From Felis catus (Eukaryota), in assembly GCF_018350175.1 (NCBI RefSeq), contig NC_058368.1, forward strand, positions 201,006,001-201,070,000: DNA of 64,000 nt, given 5' to 3'. The position numbers were made by a program, and so were the translations under genes. Within the stretch, counting starts at the first letter, position 1. Every line of letters begins with the position of its first letter. This document shows, piece by piece, positions 13,310 to 26,368 of this stretch. The notes below the pieces were generated by a model. It saw nothing but the letters and a program-made list of their open reading frames with translations. It was not told the origin of the DNA and made no database searches.

Positions 13310-14225
13310 TTCCACAAATAACCATTATGAAAGATGTTCCCAACATGAGTTTTGTGTGTTTAAGTGATAGAAAGGAGGCCAGTGTAGCTTGGAGAGGAGA
13401 CAACAAAGCAGAGATGGTAGGAGATGAGACAGACCAGGAATCTATCATGTTGGGTGTTGTAGGCAAAGATAAAAAGTTTGCTTTTCATTATGCTAAATGA
13501 AATGGGAAAGCCTTAGAGGTTTCAAGAAGGGAAAGTTATTACTGGATTCTTTTTTTTTTTAGGATTACTCTGGCTGCTGGGGCGCCTGGGTGGCTCAGTC
13601 GGTTAAGCATCCGACTTCGGCTCAGGTCATGATCTCACAGTTTGTGAGTTTGAGCCCCACGTAAGGCTCTGTGCTGACAGCTTGGAGCCTGGAGCCTGCT
13701 TCGGATTTTGTGTCTCCCTCTCTCTCTGCCCCTCCCCTGCTCATGCTCTGTCTCTCTCTGTCTCAAAAATTAAAAAAAAAAAAACAAAATAAATAAAAGT
13801 TTGGAGAACAGACTTTAAAGGAACATGAAGTTAGAAGGCCTGCCAGAAGGTTGCTGAAGAAATGAAACCAAGAGATACCAGTAGGTCAGATGAGGGTAGC
13901 AGTAGAGGAGATAAAGAGAAGTTGGATTCCTATGTTTTGGAAGTAACATGATAGATTTATGAGAGGAGGGAAAGAAGGGAAACTAGGATCATGGATAGAA
14001 TTTTTGATTTGACCAATTGAGTGTATTGTGATGTCATTTACTAAGAGGGGGTGAGTAGGAGAAAGATGCTGGGGCTGTGTGTATGGAATCGAGGGGTGTT
14101 TTTGTTTTGTTTTTGCTGCATTTAATTTTGGTTGCCTTTTAACATCTAAGCGAAGCTGTGAGGTAGGCAGTTGGATATACAAATATAGAGCTCAAGATTG
14201 ATGAATGAATGATTAATGAATGAAC
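13310..14225 (-). mobile_element. LINE-2 fragment interrupted by a Can-SINE
   Basis: Motifs gaggccagtgtagcttggag and gtaggcagttggatatac are typical of antisense L2. Confidence 0.7.
13579..13798 (+). mobile_element. Can-SINE
   Basis: ggggcgcctgggtggctcagtcggttaagc head, (CT)n tract and A tail. Confidence 0.97.
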
Positions 14226-14493
14226 ACATTATGAAAGGTTCTTGTGCTATTTTTTGTTAGAACACCAATGTTTTTTGATCGCACAAATTCAATAAATGTA
14301 TTTGTTATCCAATAATCAGAAAACACATTAATGCAAGGATTTTCTCAAGTGTAAATTTTATCCGAGTATGTTTTTTTAAGGTTGCACTCTCTATAGTAGA
14401 ATCTAGATACATATACATATATACATCCACACATTTATACACATCATGTTTTTATTCTATGTTTAATCTTTAGTTTTTTAATGACTTTTTTAC

Positions 14494-14697
14494 CAAGATG
14501 GCAATGTCTTTCAAGTAATATATCACTTGAATGCATTAGAGGACCACTCTCCTGGGGATTTGAAGAAGTTTCCAGGTACTCAGCTGTAATAATCTACAAG
14601 ATTCTGCCTTTCTACTCTGTATTTATCCTCTTTAAAGACTTTGGAAACAAGTTGCACCAGATCCACTATTAAAGACAATGTGCCCTTCTGAATGATA
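14494..14697 (-). pseudogene. Exon relic with one apparent frameshift
   Basis: Acceptor catttccctttcag; donor ttg|gtaaaa. IIQKGTLSLIVDLVQLVSKVFKEDKYRVERQNLV / IITAEYLETSSNPQESGPLMHSSDILLERHCHL. Confidence 0.65.
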
Positions 14698-16832
14698 CTG
14701 AAAGGGAAATGATGGAGACTTTGGGTAAATTTTCAGAATGTCTGTAATGGAACTTTCCATTAAAAGTCATTGCTTCGATCACTAAGATCTTAGCAACTAC
14801 ATGTTACCACCAAGATACAGAAATTATATACAGAATTAGAAATGAAGTAAGGATTTTTATAAAGAACAAAATGTTACCCAAAGTGAAAGTGAAAGTAGCA
14901 AAGAGGAGATAGTAGATAGATTTATTTTATGGGCTTATTTGACTACACATTGTTAATTCTCAACAAAGCTGTCCCCCACCTCATAATGTTCACACCTGGT
15001 GCTGTAAAAAATTCATAGAATTTTATGGGCTGAGGCTGTCAGTGCTTCAATAATTTTGGCTTATGTATTGTTGATGTTATTGTTTGAATATAATGTAGGG
15101 GACCTTTATATCTTATTCAGCAAAATTTTATTTCCACATGAACACTCCAATAGCTTTAGCTTATGTTTAATTTGCTTCCTGGGAGATTTCTAAACATGCT
15201 CCCTCAAAAAAACAAAAAACAAAAACAAAAACAAAAACAAAAAAAAACAAAGAGCAATTTCAAAACCTGCTAGACATTGACACTGATCTCCTTCAGTTCA
15301 GTAAAACAAATATAAATCCAGGTAGTTTGATTTTAAAATGCTAGGGAAACAATTTAAAAGCTATATGAACAAAACAAGAGTAAAATTGTGGATTTTATAT
15401 ATAAAAACAGTCCTTCAAATTGAGTACTAGCTAACATGTCCACATAGAAGAAGGTAAAAGTGTAAAGAAATGCTTGCTTTCTCATGTCCCAAGCAGCAAA
15501 ATGATGTACTTCATTCTTAGATATATTTTAAATTATAAAAACAATTTTATACTTGTTAAAAATTTTTATTCATGTTAAAAGCAAATCAAACACTAAAGAA
15601 TTATGAAGATTAATAGTAATAACCCAAACCATTTGTCTCCCCAAAGGTGATAACTCTTAATATTTTTGTGAGCATTCTGCTCAATTATATTTTAGATATT
15701 TCATATTATCTATAATACAATGTATGAATATATTTTTATAAAGGGATTATATTATACATATCAGGCACCCTGCTGGTTTTCAGATTAACAAAATATCTTC
15801 ATTTTTTAATGCATACTTCAATTTTTATATTTATTACACAGCTTCAATGATGTAATTTTAAAGGATACATAGCACTTTTTGCAAATAGTCTCTGATTCCA
15901 AATCGGTGATGTATAGTAAACAAGGCTGTGACCATTTAAATCCCTTTACTTCCTGAGTTATAGAGAAAGGTTTATAAAAAATATATATATGTTATGCTCT
16001 AACTAGATACATTTAGACAAACAAACAGATGGACAGATAGACAAATAGCAGGGCGGATGTCAGGATTCAACAGTTGCCCTATTTGTTGTAAAACATTTCT
16101 GTTAAAATTGAGATTATACAAAGAGTCCCAGATGGAGTCGAATTAATCTCTTTTTTTTGATATCTCATTAGATGTTTGCCAGAACAATCATGTTGTTTTC
16201 TAGATATGCACAAAAGTTATTAATTAATACTTGGTCTAAACATTTACACTTGCCATGATATGCCCTATTCTTAACCCTCTTTGTAAAGGAAGCATCTGCC
16301 TTGCTTAAATGTCATGGTCAATAAATATCTGCCTGGAAGAGCAAAATCTCTCTATATCACTCTACAGTGTCAAACACATAGTGTATACTGATTAAGATAA
16401 TGTACAGTCTAAAAGGGGAGCATGGGTAGGAATAAGCCATGTAAGATTATTCACCAAGGAAACTCTGATTCAATCTTACTCCCAGAGCAGGACTTTTTGT
16501 AAATAAAAATTTAATCCAGAAATTGTTAACAGGCCATTCTCTGCAAATTATGTAAACATTACTGAAATGAAAAAGAAAAAAAAAACAGGCATGATATAGA
16601 AACACCTCTTTTTATCTCCAGACATAAGCAATGGTAAGCAAATCAGGTTAAAAACAAAAGATGAAACATTAAGTTAAAAATCAGGAATAAAGCAAACATT
16701 GTCATTTGGAACGCTTTATACAGAATATTTTACACTTCCTTTATATTTCTCATTTAAAAGAAGGTAGTAAGCTATTTGGTAATGTGTTGGGGGTGAAATA
16801 ATATAGCATCAGTATGGACTGAATGTCTTTAC

Positions 16833-17151
16833 TTAAAAATAACTTTTGCTATTTTCCCATAATGATGTAGCAATCCTAGTCGTAATATCAACATGGACAT
16901 AAGATTTTTCAGAGCAAGGACTATGAGAATAATATAGATGAGAGTTGTGCATATCATGGCTGACAAAATCCAATTAAGTCATCCGCACCAAATGTGAGGT
17001 GGCAGAAAACACAGCAGATGCGATGACTTCCCAAGTAGGATAGTGAAATTTTATTACACCTGCTATCTGGATCATTGAGTGTTAAAGATATAAACACAAG
17101 AAATGGACTCCAACTGTCATAGAGGGATTTATTTAAGACTAATGGCAAAAA
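16833..17151 (-). pseudogene. Exon relic
   Basis: Acceptor attttaacag. FLPLVLNKSLYDSWSPFL... and later YVHVDITTRIATSLWENSKSYF. Confidence 0.55.
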
Positions 17152-18168
17152 CTGTTAAAATCTGCATTTCTCAAAAACTTGGATTTTCCTTCCTAAGAAG
17201 AATTTAAGTACATGGTGGATAGCTGTTTGTAGTGAGTCTTTTTACAACATGTTTGCTGTGAATACCGCTTCCTACTTTGTCACTATATCACCCTATGATT
17301 TCTCTCCTTGCTCTAGGTCCTTTCACCCTGGCAGCTAGTGTGTTTTTTAAAATTTTCTCATATTTATTATAATCCAACTTTACAGAGTTCTCAAGTATCC
17401 AGTGACAAATTACTAGCAGTATCCATGTGTGAGGGAGTGGACATGCTCAAAATTCAGATACCAGGTTCTTGTTTGTTTTGCTAAATGGGTTAGAAGGAAA
17501 AAGGAACCGCATTTTAGAGAATGTTCAGAGTTAAAAGACTGGGTTAACATCATCATGTGAATGTTCCTAGTATTCGAATCCACAGATTATGCCTAAAAAT
17601 TTTGGCAATTACTTATCTTTGAACCGTTAACTAATATTCTCAGAATTTCCTTAAGAACTGCCCATCCATATATACTGTCTTAATCCAAGATCAGAAAGGA
17701 TAACATTATAAGAAGATATGGCTATAAGCTGCTTTATACTATTTTTGTGTTATTAGAACTACAGATGTATACCTGTTTAAAGAACTAAGAAGGTAGCTAA
17801 AATACTAACTAGCCTACAGATGCATAGAGTATCTTTGGAAGAACATCTTGTAAACACAGACTAGTATCATCTCACATGCTTCACAGAGACATTGCATTTT
17901 CCCAAGTTTATGCACATCTGCAGACTGTTAATCATGAATTTGGTTGTGATCTGGGAGGATTCTAGCCTCAATCTGGATCAATGCTCTTTTCATCAGTTAA
18001 ATGTATTTATTGTGTGGTTCGGAGGCAAGGGCCATCTTGTTTTTATTATGCTCCCAATAGTAAATAGTATGATTTTCTATAAACACTGGATGTTTAATAA
18101 ATCCATGTGAAATTGAAATGACTTCAGTTGAATTTAAGAATGTATGAAACATACCTCTTGGTATATTT

Positions 18169-18285
18169 GAGACACCTGGCTAGCTCCTTCAGAAGCACAC
18201 GTGACTCGGTCTAAGGGTCATGAGTTCGAGCCCTATGTTGGGTGTAGAGATTACTTAAAAATAAATAAATAAAACTTAAAAAAAG
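18169..18285 (+). mobile_element. Short old Can-SINE lacking the CT tract
   Basis: tRNA-derived head with B box (gagttcgagccc), then gtagagattacttaaaaataaa. Confidence 0.85.
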
Positions 18286-18375
18286 AAATATACTTATTTA
18301 TGTATCATAAACATAAATACTATTAGTTCCCAACTTTTCAACACACTTATATTCTCCAATATTTCTCAGATGTCT

Positions 18376-18830
18376 GTTTATCTTAGGTTGGGTTTCCTGG
18401 GAAGAGTCACAGGCAGAGGGACTTCAAGAGAAATACCAGAGGGAAAGTAAAGTTGTATTTATAACTTTTGAGTAAAATGAGTAGACGATTTGCAATGTGG
18501 TCACAGCAAAGACTTCACTGGGTATCACTAATGGCTCTCAAGCTGGGACGGTCCCCCACAGCCATCCCACTTTAAGGCCTTCAAGTCTTCTCATTGACTT
18601 GTTTTGGATGCAACCTCTCAAGGTCATGCTGCCTTCTCTGAAGGCAGGTTGCATCCAAACGCCTTCAGAGAAGGCAGCATGGCCTTGAGAGGTTGGGCAT
18701 TCTTTAGCCAAGAGCAATTTGGGGAGAGATTCAACGAAGAACTGCCAACAACCAACATTGTCAGTAGCTGGAAGAATGAGAACTTCTCTCCTGAAGGAGA
18801 TTGTGGTGGTATACCCATCATCTTCTACAC
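18376..18830. mobile_element. MaLR (MLT1-like) solo LTR relic
   Basis: Terminus tcttaggttgggtttcctgggaag resembles MLT1 ends; GC content above the flanks. Confidence 0.55.
18611..18695. repeat. Inverted repeat: 35-bp arms, 15-nt spacer, one mismatch
   Basis: Arm 18611-18645 is the reverse complement of arm 18661-18695 except at one position. Confidence 0.97.
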
Positions 18831-18863
18831 TATTTTTTATCTTAATCTTGTTTCTTCACTCAC

Positions 18864-18864
<1 letters not shown>

Positions 18865-18903
<39 letters not shown>

Positions 18904-18908
18904 AGAAA
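18865..18908. repeat. (GAAA)n microsatellite
   Basis: Read directly from the sequence. Confidence 0.95.
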
Positions 18909-19267
18909 AGGGTAAGAAAAAAAAGATTCAAAAATCATTAATTTTGATTCCTTCTCTATCAATAACCAGCCTTTAGATAGCAATTCTTTCTCTGTAATTC
19001 ATCTCTTCTTTGTTGTGTTCCATTACCTTTTGTCCACAAGATACTATAAATCACTATAACACACTCCTAGGTAGTCTTCTTTTCTTAAACTTTTGCAACT
19101 TTTTAGCATTCTATGTACTCAAACCATAATTTGGGAAATCAGTCTTCCCATAACACATCTTTAGTATAGCTTTTACTGTCAAAAAACTTCCATACTCTTC
19201 CCAAATCCAAGCAAACACAATTCTGTCTTTGGCCTACTGCTCAAAGCTTTCAAAAAAAAATTCAAAA

Positions 19268-20570
19268 TTAATGAATATTTATTGAGCAATGACTATGTGG
19301 CATGAGCTCTTTTAGGCACTGGAGTATATCAATGAGCAATACGGACAAAAATTGTTGCTTACATCTGGCAAGGGGGTAAGACAATAAGCCAAATTAAGTA
19401 ATAAATTTATGCAGTGTATGTAAATGATATCTTTATAGTGAGAAGTGCTAAAAGGAAAAATAAAGCAGGGAAATGGCTATTAAGTGTTGAGATGAAGGTT
19501 GAGATTTTATGCCTGGTAGGATTTACTGATGTGGTAACTACAAGAAAAGCCCTGAAGGAAATAATAAGAGCACATGTCTTATGGATATCTGGCAGAAGGG
19601 TATTACAGGTAGAGGGAACAGACATTACAAACATCCTGATGGGGGACCTTGTCTGCATGTTTGGAAAGGGGAAAAAAATGGCAAGAAGAATAATGTGAAT
19701 GGAGTAGAGTGAACAAGGGAGAAACAACTAGGAGACGGGGTCAGAGAGGAGCAGGGTGCTACGTTAGTAGAACTTTGTGGGTCATTGTGAAGAATTCGGC
19801 TTTTACTCTGAATAAGATGGAAGTCATTGAAAGATTTTGAGAAGAATTGTGACATGATCTGGCTTTCATTTTAAAAACTGTTGGGCTGAGAATGCACTGA
19901 AAGGTAGAAGCAAGAGGGCAAGTTAAGAGGCTGTAGTTATCTAGGAAAGAGATAATGGTCACCGGGATCATGGGGTGGTTGTAAAGGAGTGAAGATGGGT
20001 TGCATTCTGAATGTATTTTGAGGATAGATTCAACAGGGTTTACTGATGCATTGAAAGTGTGACAATGAGGGGAACTGGAAATCAGAAATGAATCTAATTT
20101 CTTGAGCAATTGTAATCATAGAGCTATAATTTAATGAGAGGGAGATACCTCAAGGGAAAGAGATGCTGATGGGAGATAGAGTAGACAGCAGACATTCAGT
20201 TTGGAGCATGTTAAATATACGAGAGATGATATCAATTAGGCAGTTTATAGATGAATGTGAAATTCAGGGAAGTACAAGGTGGAAGTATTCATTTGGAAGA
20301 TATCAGCATATATACAGCATAAAGCAATGTTATTGAAATTATATTACTGCTGAAATAAGTGTAGAAGAACCAGGAAAGGAAACTAAGAAGGAACATTCAG
20401 AAAGGAAAAATAAAAACTTGGCATGCATAGTGTTTTGGAAGACAAGTGATGAATCTGTTTCAAAGGGGAGGGAGTGATCAACTGTATCAGTGGCTGGTGA
20501 TAGGTCAAGTAAGATGATGAGTAGAGATTTATTATTTAATTTAGACTGTGGAAGTCATTAGAGGCCATTA
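19268..20570 (-). mobile_element. LINE-2 fragment
   Basis: Antisense L2 3' end (aatatttattgagc...actatgtg) followed by a purine-rich L2 body. Confidence 0.8.
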
Positions 20571-20939
20571 ATGACAAACCAAAGCTCTCCTTCCAAACAA
20601 TTATTTCACAGACATTTACACACACAGTTGTTCCTCAGTCAGATTTGCCTACTTGGTGTCTTATGAAAATGACATCCTTGCTTATGTTTTTTTCAGTACT
20701 CTTAGACATTCTCAGTTGAAATAGTTTCTTTTCTGCCTATTCAAAAGCTATCCATCTTTAAAATTCTAAGTTTATCATCCATTGGTCATTCTCTCTAGCA
20801 TATTTTATATTTAATGTCCAGAACAACAAAAGGCTTTACTGCCAGAGTCATATATGTATCAATTATCATTGAAAATACTCTTTGATGGACTATAAACTTA
20901 TAGAGAATTATAAGTAATAAACTTCAAGAATATTTAGGC

Positions 20940-21500
20940 AGGTTTCCTGCACACTGTTGACCTAGAAGTCCTTTTTCTCCCTAAGTTTGCATCTAAATCA
21001 GAAAAACAATTTAATTTTAGAATTTTTACATTTAACAAGTTTATTTGTATGTCAAGCCCTGCTTCCTTTGAACTTAATCTATATTACTAGTGAGTCTCTT
21101 TGTGACCAAAAAAAAAAAAAATTCTCTTTATTTTGTTGGTCCTGTAAATGTTTAAAGATAGATGGCTATCATGTTCCTCCAGCCAATCCACAGCCCCATC
21201 ATTCTTTCCTTTTGCAGACTAAACATTCCACTTTTTTCTAAACATTCCTTATGTGACACCATGTCTAGCCCTTTTACTATCTTGGTTGCCCTATGTATTA
21301 GGTCCAATTTGTCAATGTCTCTCTTATAGAATGGCAAACAACACTAAACCCAGCACTCCAACATGCCTCTGGTCACTGTGTGCCAGAGTGGGACTGTGCA
21401 CATCAGTACTCCAATCACTCAAACTGGTTAAGGCAGCCTCAGATTCAGCTTACTATTGGATTGCTAATAACTTTCTATTAAATCTTTCCACTGACATGTA
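20940..21500 (-). mobile_element. CR1/L3 LINE fragment
   Basis: Peptide PFYKRDIDKLDLIHRATKIVKGLDMVSHKECLEKSGMFSLQKER matches the CR1 ORF2 C-terminal pattern (DKLERVQRRATKM...LFSLEKRR). Confidence 0.85.
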
Positions 21501-22109
21501 GTCAACTCACATAATGACTACATTCCAATACAGATAAATTTCATTTTTAATCATAGATGGAAGAAGCTACACTTACATAAACCATTAAATCTCCCTTTAT
21601 TTCATCTTTACTCTGTGGTGTTTAACAATAGATGTTAGTTAAATTCACTGAGTCAAAAATTGGAAAAACACTGTAAACTGAAATGAGTTGAAAACCAAAT
21701 TAAATTAAAATAATCATTCTTATAGTCATATAACATGAAGTTTATATAAAAATAATACCTTAAAGAGAATATTTAAAATATCAAAGTGATAAGATGTAAT
21801 ACTCATAATTTAGGCTCAAATCTGAAAGTCTTTTAGTGATAAAGAGAGAAGAGGAAGGCAGAAAAATATGTAAAATTCTTATCTTTCAATAAATGGAGCA
21901 CTCTATACTGGCATCTATAAATATACTTAAAAATCTTGATTTTTAACTACAAAATAATAGTAATAATAATAATAGTCCTATGGCTTTAGAAATTTAATAA
22001 GAATCATTTAGTTCTACACTTATAATGAGTAAATTATAGCACATAAAGCTACAAAAAAAGCATTTTTGACAAAGGACTTATACCCAAAATATAAAAAGAA
22101 CTCTCAAAA

Positions 22110-22272
22110 TTTATAATTATAAATTATAATATAATATAATATAATATAATATAATATAATATAATGTAATATATTAATATATATAATATAATATATATAA
22201 TATAATATAAAATATAATAATAAATTATAAATTATAATTATAAAAAATTTATAATTAAAAAATTTATAATTA
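22110..22272. repeat. (ATAAT)n and AT-rich low-complexity tract
   Basis: Read directly from the sequence. Confidence 0.9.
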
Positions 22273-22711
22273 AAAAAAGACAATTAAAAACAAGCAAAAG
22301 AGATAAACAGAGTCTTCACCAAAGAAAACGTACCAATGACAAACATATCAAATGATGCAGTCATTAGTCATCACAGATATAAAATTTATAAAACAATAAG
22401 ATATCACTACAAACCTATTAGAATGATGAAAATAAATAAAAACTGAAACCAAGCACTGGAAAAATTGCAGAGCAAATGAAATGCTCATAAACTGCTGATG
22501 AGAATGCAATATTGTATAAGGACTTTGAAAACCAGTTTTGTACAACGTATGTCTACACACAAACCCATACATGAAATTAAACATAGCTGTATCCTGCAAT
22601 TCAGCAATTACGCTCCTAGGTATTTACCTAACTAATTTGAAACGTACGTCCACACAATACCTGCACACAAATGCTTATAGCAACTTTTTCTAAAAATTGG
22701 AAGCAATGAAT

Positions 22712-22930
22712 GGGGTGCCTGGGTGGCGCAGTCGGTTGAGCGTCCGACTTCAGCCAGGTCATGATCTCGCGGTCCGTGAGTTCGAGCCCCGCGTCAGGCT
22801 CTGGGCTGATGGCTCGGAGCCTGGAGCCTGTTTCAGATTCTGTCTCTCTCTCTCTCTCTGCCCCTCCCCCGTTCATGCTCTGTCTCTCTCTGTCCCAAAA
22901 ATAAATAAACGTTGAAAAAAAAAATTAAAA
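22712..22930 (+). mobile_element. Young felid Can-SINE (SINEC_Fc-like)
   Basis: CpG-rich; perfect TSD aaaaattggaagcaatgaa at 22692-22710 and 22931-22949. Confidence 0.97.
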
Positions 22931-24841
22931 AAAAATTGGAAGCAATGAAGATGTCCCTCAGTAGGTGAATTTATTAGAAAATCATTGTGCATCCATATAA
23001 TGGAATGCTATTCAGTGATAAAAAGGTATGAACTCAGAAACCATGAAAAACATACATGAATTTTAAATTGATGATACTAAGTGAAAAAAGCCAGCCCTAA
23101 AACACTGCCTATTGATTTATTCCATTTATATGACATGCTAAAAACAAACAAACAAACAAACAAGCAAAATTGTAGAGATTATAAAAAGGTCAGTGTTTGA
23201 CATGGATTTGGGGAGCTGGGAGGATTAAATGGAGGGGCCATGGAGGATTTTTTAAGGTGGTGAAACTATTCTATATGTTACTGTAATGATGTATACCTGA
23301 CAGTATGCATTTTTCAAAGCCCAGGAAACTGTACATCACAAAGTATCAACATTAATGTTTGCAAATTTGGAAAAATGAAATCATTTAACAAGTCAGAGGA
23401 TAACAGGATGGAATGAAGAATGGGGCAAAAGAATCTAATTGTATCATAAATTATATAACATAACCTCACTAAAGGGGATGGAGAGAAATTGCTGGCCTAA
23501 GTAACTTTGGAGAGGAGTGGAGATGGTAAGGCTAAAAGCAAAAGAAACTGTACATAAAAACTGTATTCCACTTGATAATGTTGTTTCCCACAAGCATACA
23601 AGTTAATAGTTCTGAAACTGCTAGGCATGTATACTGGAACCCAGTTAAGTAGATGGATGGAGGGTGGTGGGAGCCAGATTTGTCACTATGGGAGTGAGTG
23701 GGTACAGATAAAAAAGGAGAGGAGGCTAGAATCATCCATGAAGTAATGGATTACAGTAGGAGACATCACTATGTTGAGCTAAATGAACTATGTTTAGCAT
23801 AATATAGACAAAGTTACACGGAGAAGTATTTATAGACATCTGTATACACAAGAATTAGTCTATATACGTATATCTTCTTGCTGTCAGCTGAGGGGAACTA
23901 TAAGCAACACTACCAGGGATAATTAGATTTTAGTTTCAAATGGCATTCTCCAATTAAAAGAACTATGGTTCTTTGGGGCAATAGCTAAATCTAAGATGGG
24001 ACAGGGAATATACAGAATAAACTGGGAGCATTTTGTAGTGCCAGAAAGCAAGTAGGTACCAAAGTAGGGGATGTAAAAATCCAACAATAGGAGTAGGTCA
24101 AAGAAGCACAGAACCAGCTAAAAATGTTCCCATTGGCTCCATCCGGTACAGTATGAGAACAAGGTAATGTAGTATTGAGTTATAATCCAAAGTATAAAAT
24201 AGATATTCATGAGCCTATATGATATAAATAAATAATTGATAAGTAAACATTTCAGAGGAAATATCTATTTCTAAATCTCCTATGGAAAGAAATTGAAATA
24301 ATTTACATAGATACTTCCTATCAGAGACTAAGCATAACTCCCTGCCCCTTGAATGTGGTCTGGGACTTCTTTCCAAAGAATACTGCATGGAAATCAGGGA
24401 AGAAAAAAAAAAAAAGAAAGAAATTTTATAGTGAAGAAACTCAGCAAGCCTCAATCAGGTGATCATCAACGATACCATGTCAATAATCTGTGCCCTTGAT
24501 ATAATACGATGAAAAATGACACTTCGCTTCTTCCTCAAAACCTGGTAACTCATATTTAGTGAGGAGAGAACCATCAGACAAGCAAACCTGAAAGACATTC
24601 TGGATAATATCTGACCAGTACTTCCCAAAACTGTCAAGGTTATAAAAAAACATGAAGTCTGAAAAATTATCATAGTCTAGAGGAGCCTAAGGAGACATAA
24701 TAATTAAAAGTAATATGATGGTCCAGATAAGACCATGGTCAGGAAAAGGACATTAGGTGAAAGGGAAAAGGAAAGGTTTGGTAGAAAAAGGATGGCTGCC
24801 AGTTAATTATCATTAGTGCTTCTTAAACTTCATAGTTTTGC

Positions 24842-24988
24842 CTCTAGAATCCCTTTGCCATTGTGGGGAGTGGAAGGTGATATTTAGGAACTGCATGTCC
24901 TTTTTTGCCAGCAACTCTTTTATAGCCAGATTTCAAAAACTCAGTCCGTATTTTTTGATATATTCTGTATATACCACTTACACTTCAA
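24842..24988 (-). pseudogene. Exon relic
   Basis: Strong acceptor ctctctttccttctag. GIYRIYQKIRTEFLKSGYK. Donor degenerate (gc). Confidence 0.45.
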
Positions 24989-25181
24989 CTAGAAGGAAAG
25001 AGAGCAAATGTTACTGTCCAATGTTCTCAACCCAATGTCCTAGCATGATTGAAAGTCAAAATACTCCATTCCTCTCACATTCTCATGGTTTCACAAGCGT
25101 CCTGCAGTTAGAATCCTTGTAATTCCAGAAAAACAGCATAAACACTGAATATTTGGTGTCTTCATTGAAATGTCACAGGGA

Positions 25182-25402
25182 GGGGTGCCTGGGTGGCTCA
25201 GTCGGTTGGGCGGCCGACTTCGGCTCAGGTCATGATCTCGCGGTCCATGAGTTCGAGCCCCGCGTCAGGCTCTGGGCTGATGGCTCGGAGCCTGTTTCCG
25301 ATTCTGTGTCTCCCTCTCTCTCTGTCCCTCCCCCGTTCATGCTCTGTCTCTCTCTGTCTCAAAAATAAATAAACGTTAAAAAAAAAAATTAAAAAAAAAA
25401 AA
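25182..25402 (+). mobile_element. Young Can-SINE
   Basis: TSD gaaatgtcacaggga at 25167-25181 and 25403-25417. Confidence 0.97.
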
Positions 25403-25558
25403 GAAATGTCACAGGGAATCGGATTTTGCTTGCCTAACTATGTGAAAATCTGTCCTAATCAACTTTTAAGTAATTTTGTTTCAGTGAAACAAACCATTTC
25501 CATTTGACTACTATAGAGAAGTTTTTCAAAACTATTTAAAAAGTTCTAGATGACTTAC

Positions 25559-26368
25559 ACACTATTACGCAGTGCAATAGCTGAGAAGCATTAACCGGGA
25601 GAAACAGATGTTGCAAAGGTTGCCAGTTTCATTCTATTTGCTACTGAAACTTCTTGATTCCAGAATCACCTCCCTAGTGAAATAGCAGGACTTCTTGATT
25701 CACTCTGCAATGCATTCCCATAGCCTCATGCTTAAGAAAGCCCACCAGTCTATTTTGTTTACAATATTGCGCTCACCCAAGCTAGTAAATACTATATTCA
25801 TGTGACCTTTCCAAGCAAAACCTAAATTTACACATGTTTTTCAAATAAAAAAATATCCATCTTTGTCTGGGATATTTTGATTTGGTTTTCATTGTGATTA
25901 ACAGAAGTTGTATTCCAATAATGACATGTGGTCCTAGATCAGAACCACTGCCAGGAGCAAGCAGAGACCAAAATAGTGCAGATGGGGAAAAAAATGGCTT
26001 TTTTCCAAGCCAAATCTCCCTTAGACACACACTCTCAGTGCATATGAAAAAGAACTAGAATGTCTGATTAGTGTTCAGATCATCTTATGAGATCTCACTT
26101 GTAGGCTTCAGATTGTGTGCAGTAGTGGCCCTTTAATTAATCGCCTGGCGATTTTAACCTTGCTTACATTCATTCTCTTGCCCATCATTCAAAGGATCTC
26201 ACTTGATTTTATTTGTAAGGCTACTGCGGAATCTCTTCCTTCTAGATGCCTCATATGGGTGGAGCTGTTCAAAAGCCAGGAAACAGCAGTTATGTGACAA
26301 GAATCTCCTGTCCAAAGCCTTGGAAAACATAACACTACTATAATGATTGTTAACTGCCAGACAGATAC
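25559..26368 (-). pseudogene. Three closely spaced exon relics (26168-26368, 25777-25947, 25559-25673)
   Basis: Donors gtaagc, gtgagc and gtaagt; acceptors tgtttcag, cttgctcctggcag and tatttcactag. First exon reads GICLAVNNHYSSVMFSKALDRRFLSHNCCFLAFEQLHPYEASRRKRFRSSLTNKIK*. Confidence 0.55.

Larger units (their letters stand above)
22040..24760 (+). mobile_element. Old L1 (L1MC-like) ORF2 end and long 3'UTR, interrupted by an AT-rich tract and a SINE
   Basis: Motifs gacaaaggacttatacccaaaatataaaaagaactctc, ctcctaggtatttacc and ccatataatggaatgctattcag. Confidence 0.85.

Noticed and set aside
18169..18250. tRNA gene
   Set aside because: It is the tRNA-derived head of a diverged SINE with an A tail; no intact cloverleaf.
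25900..26070. SKGDLAWKKAIFF / LFWSLLAPGSGSDLG as an RGS22-like match
   Set aside because: Most of it falls in what looks like an intron and polypyrimidine tract (25948-26167), and it needs frame changes; probably chance.
26139..26153. Palindrome aatcgcc-t-ggcgatt
   Set aside because: 7-bp arms; compatible with chance.
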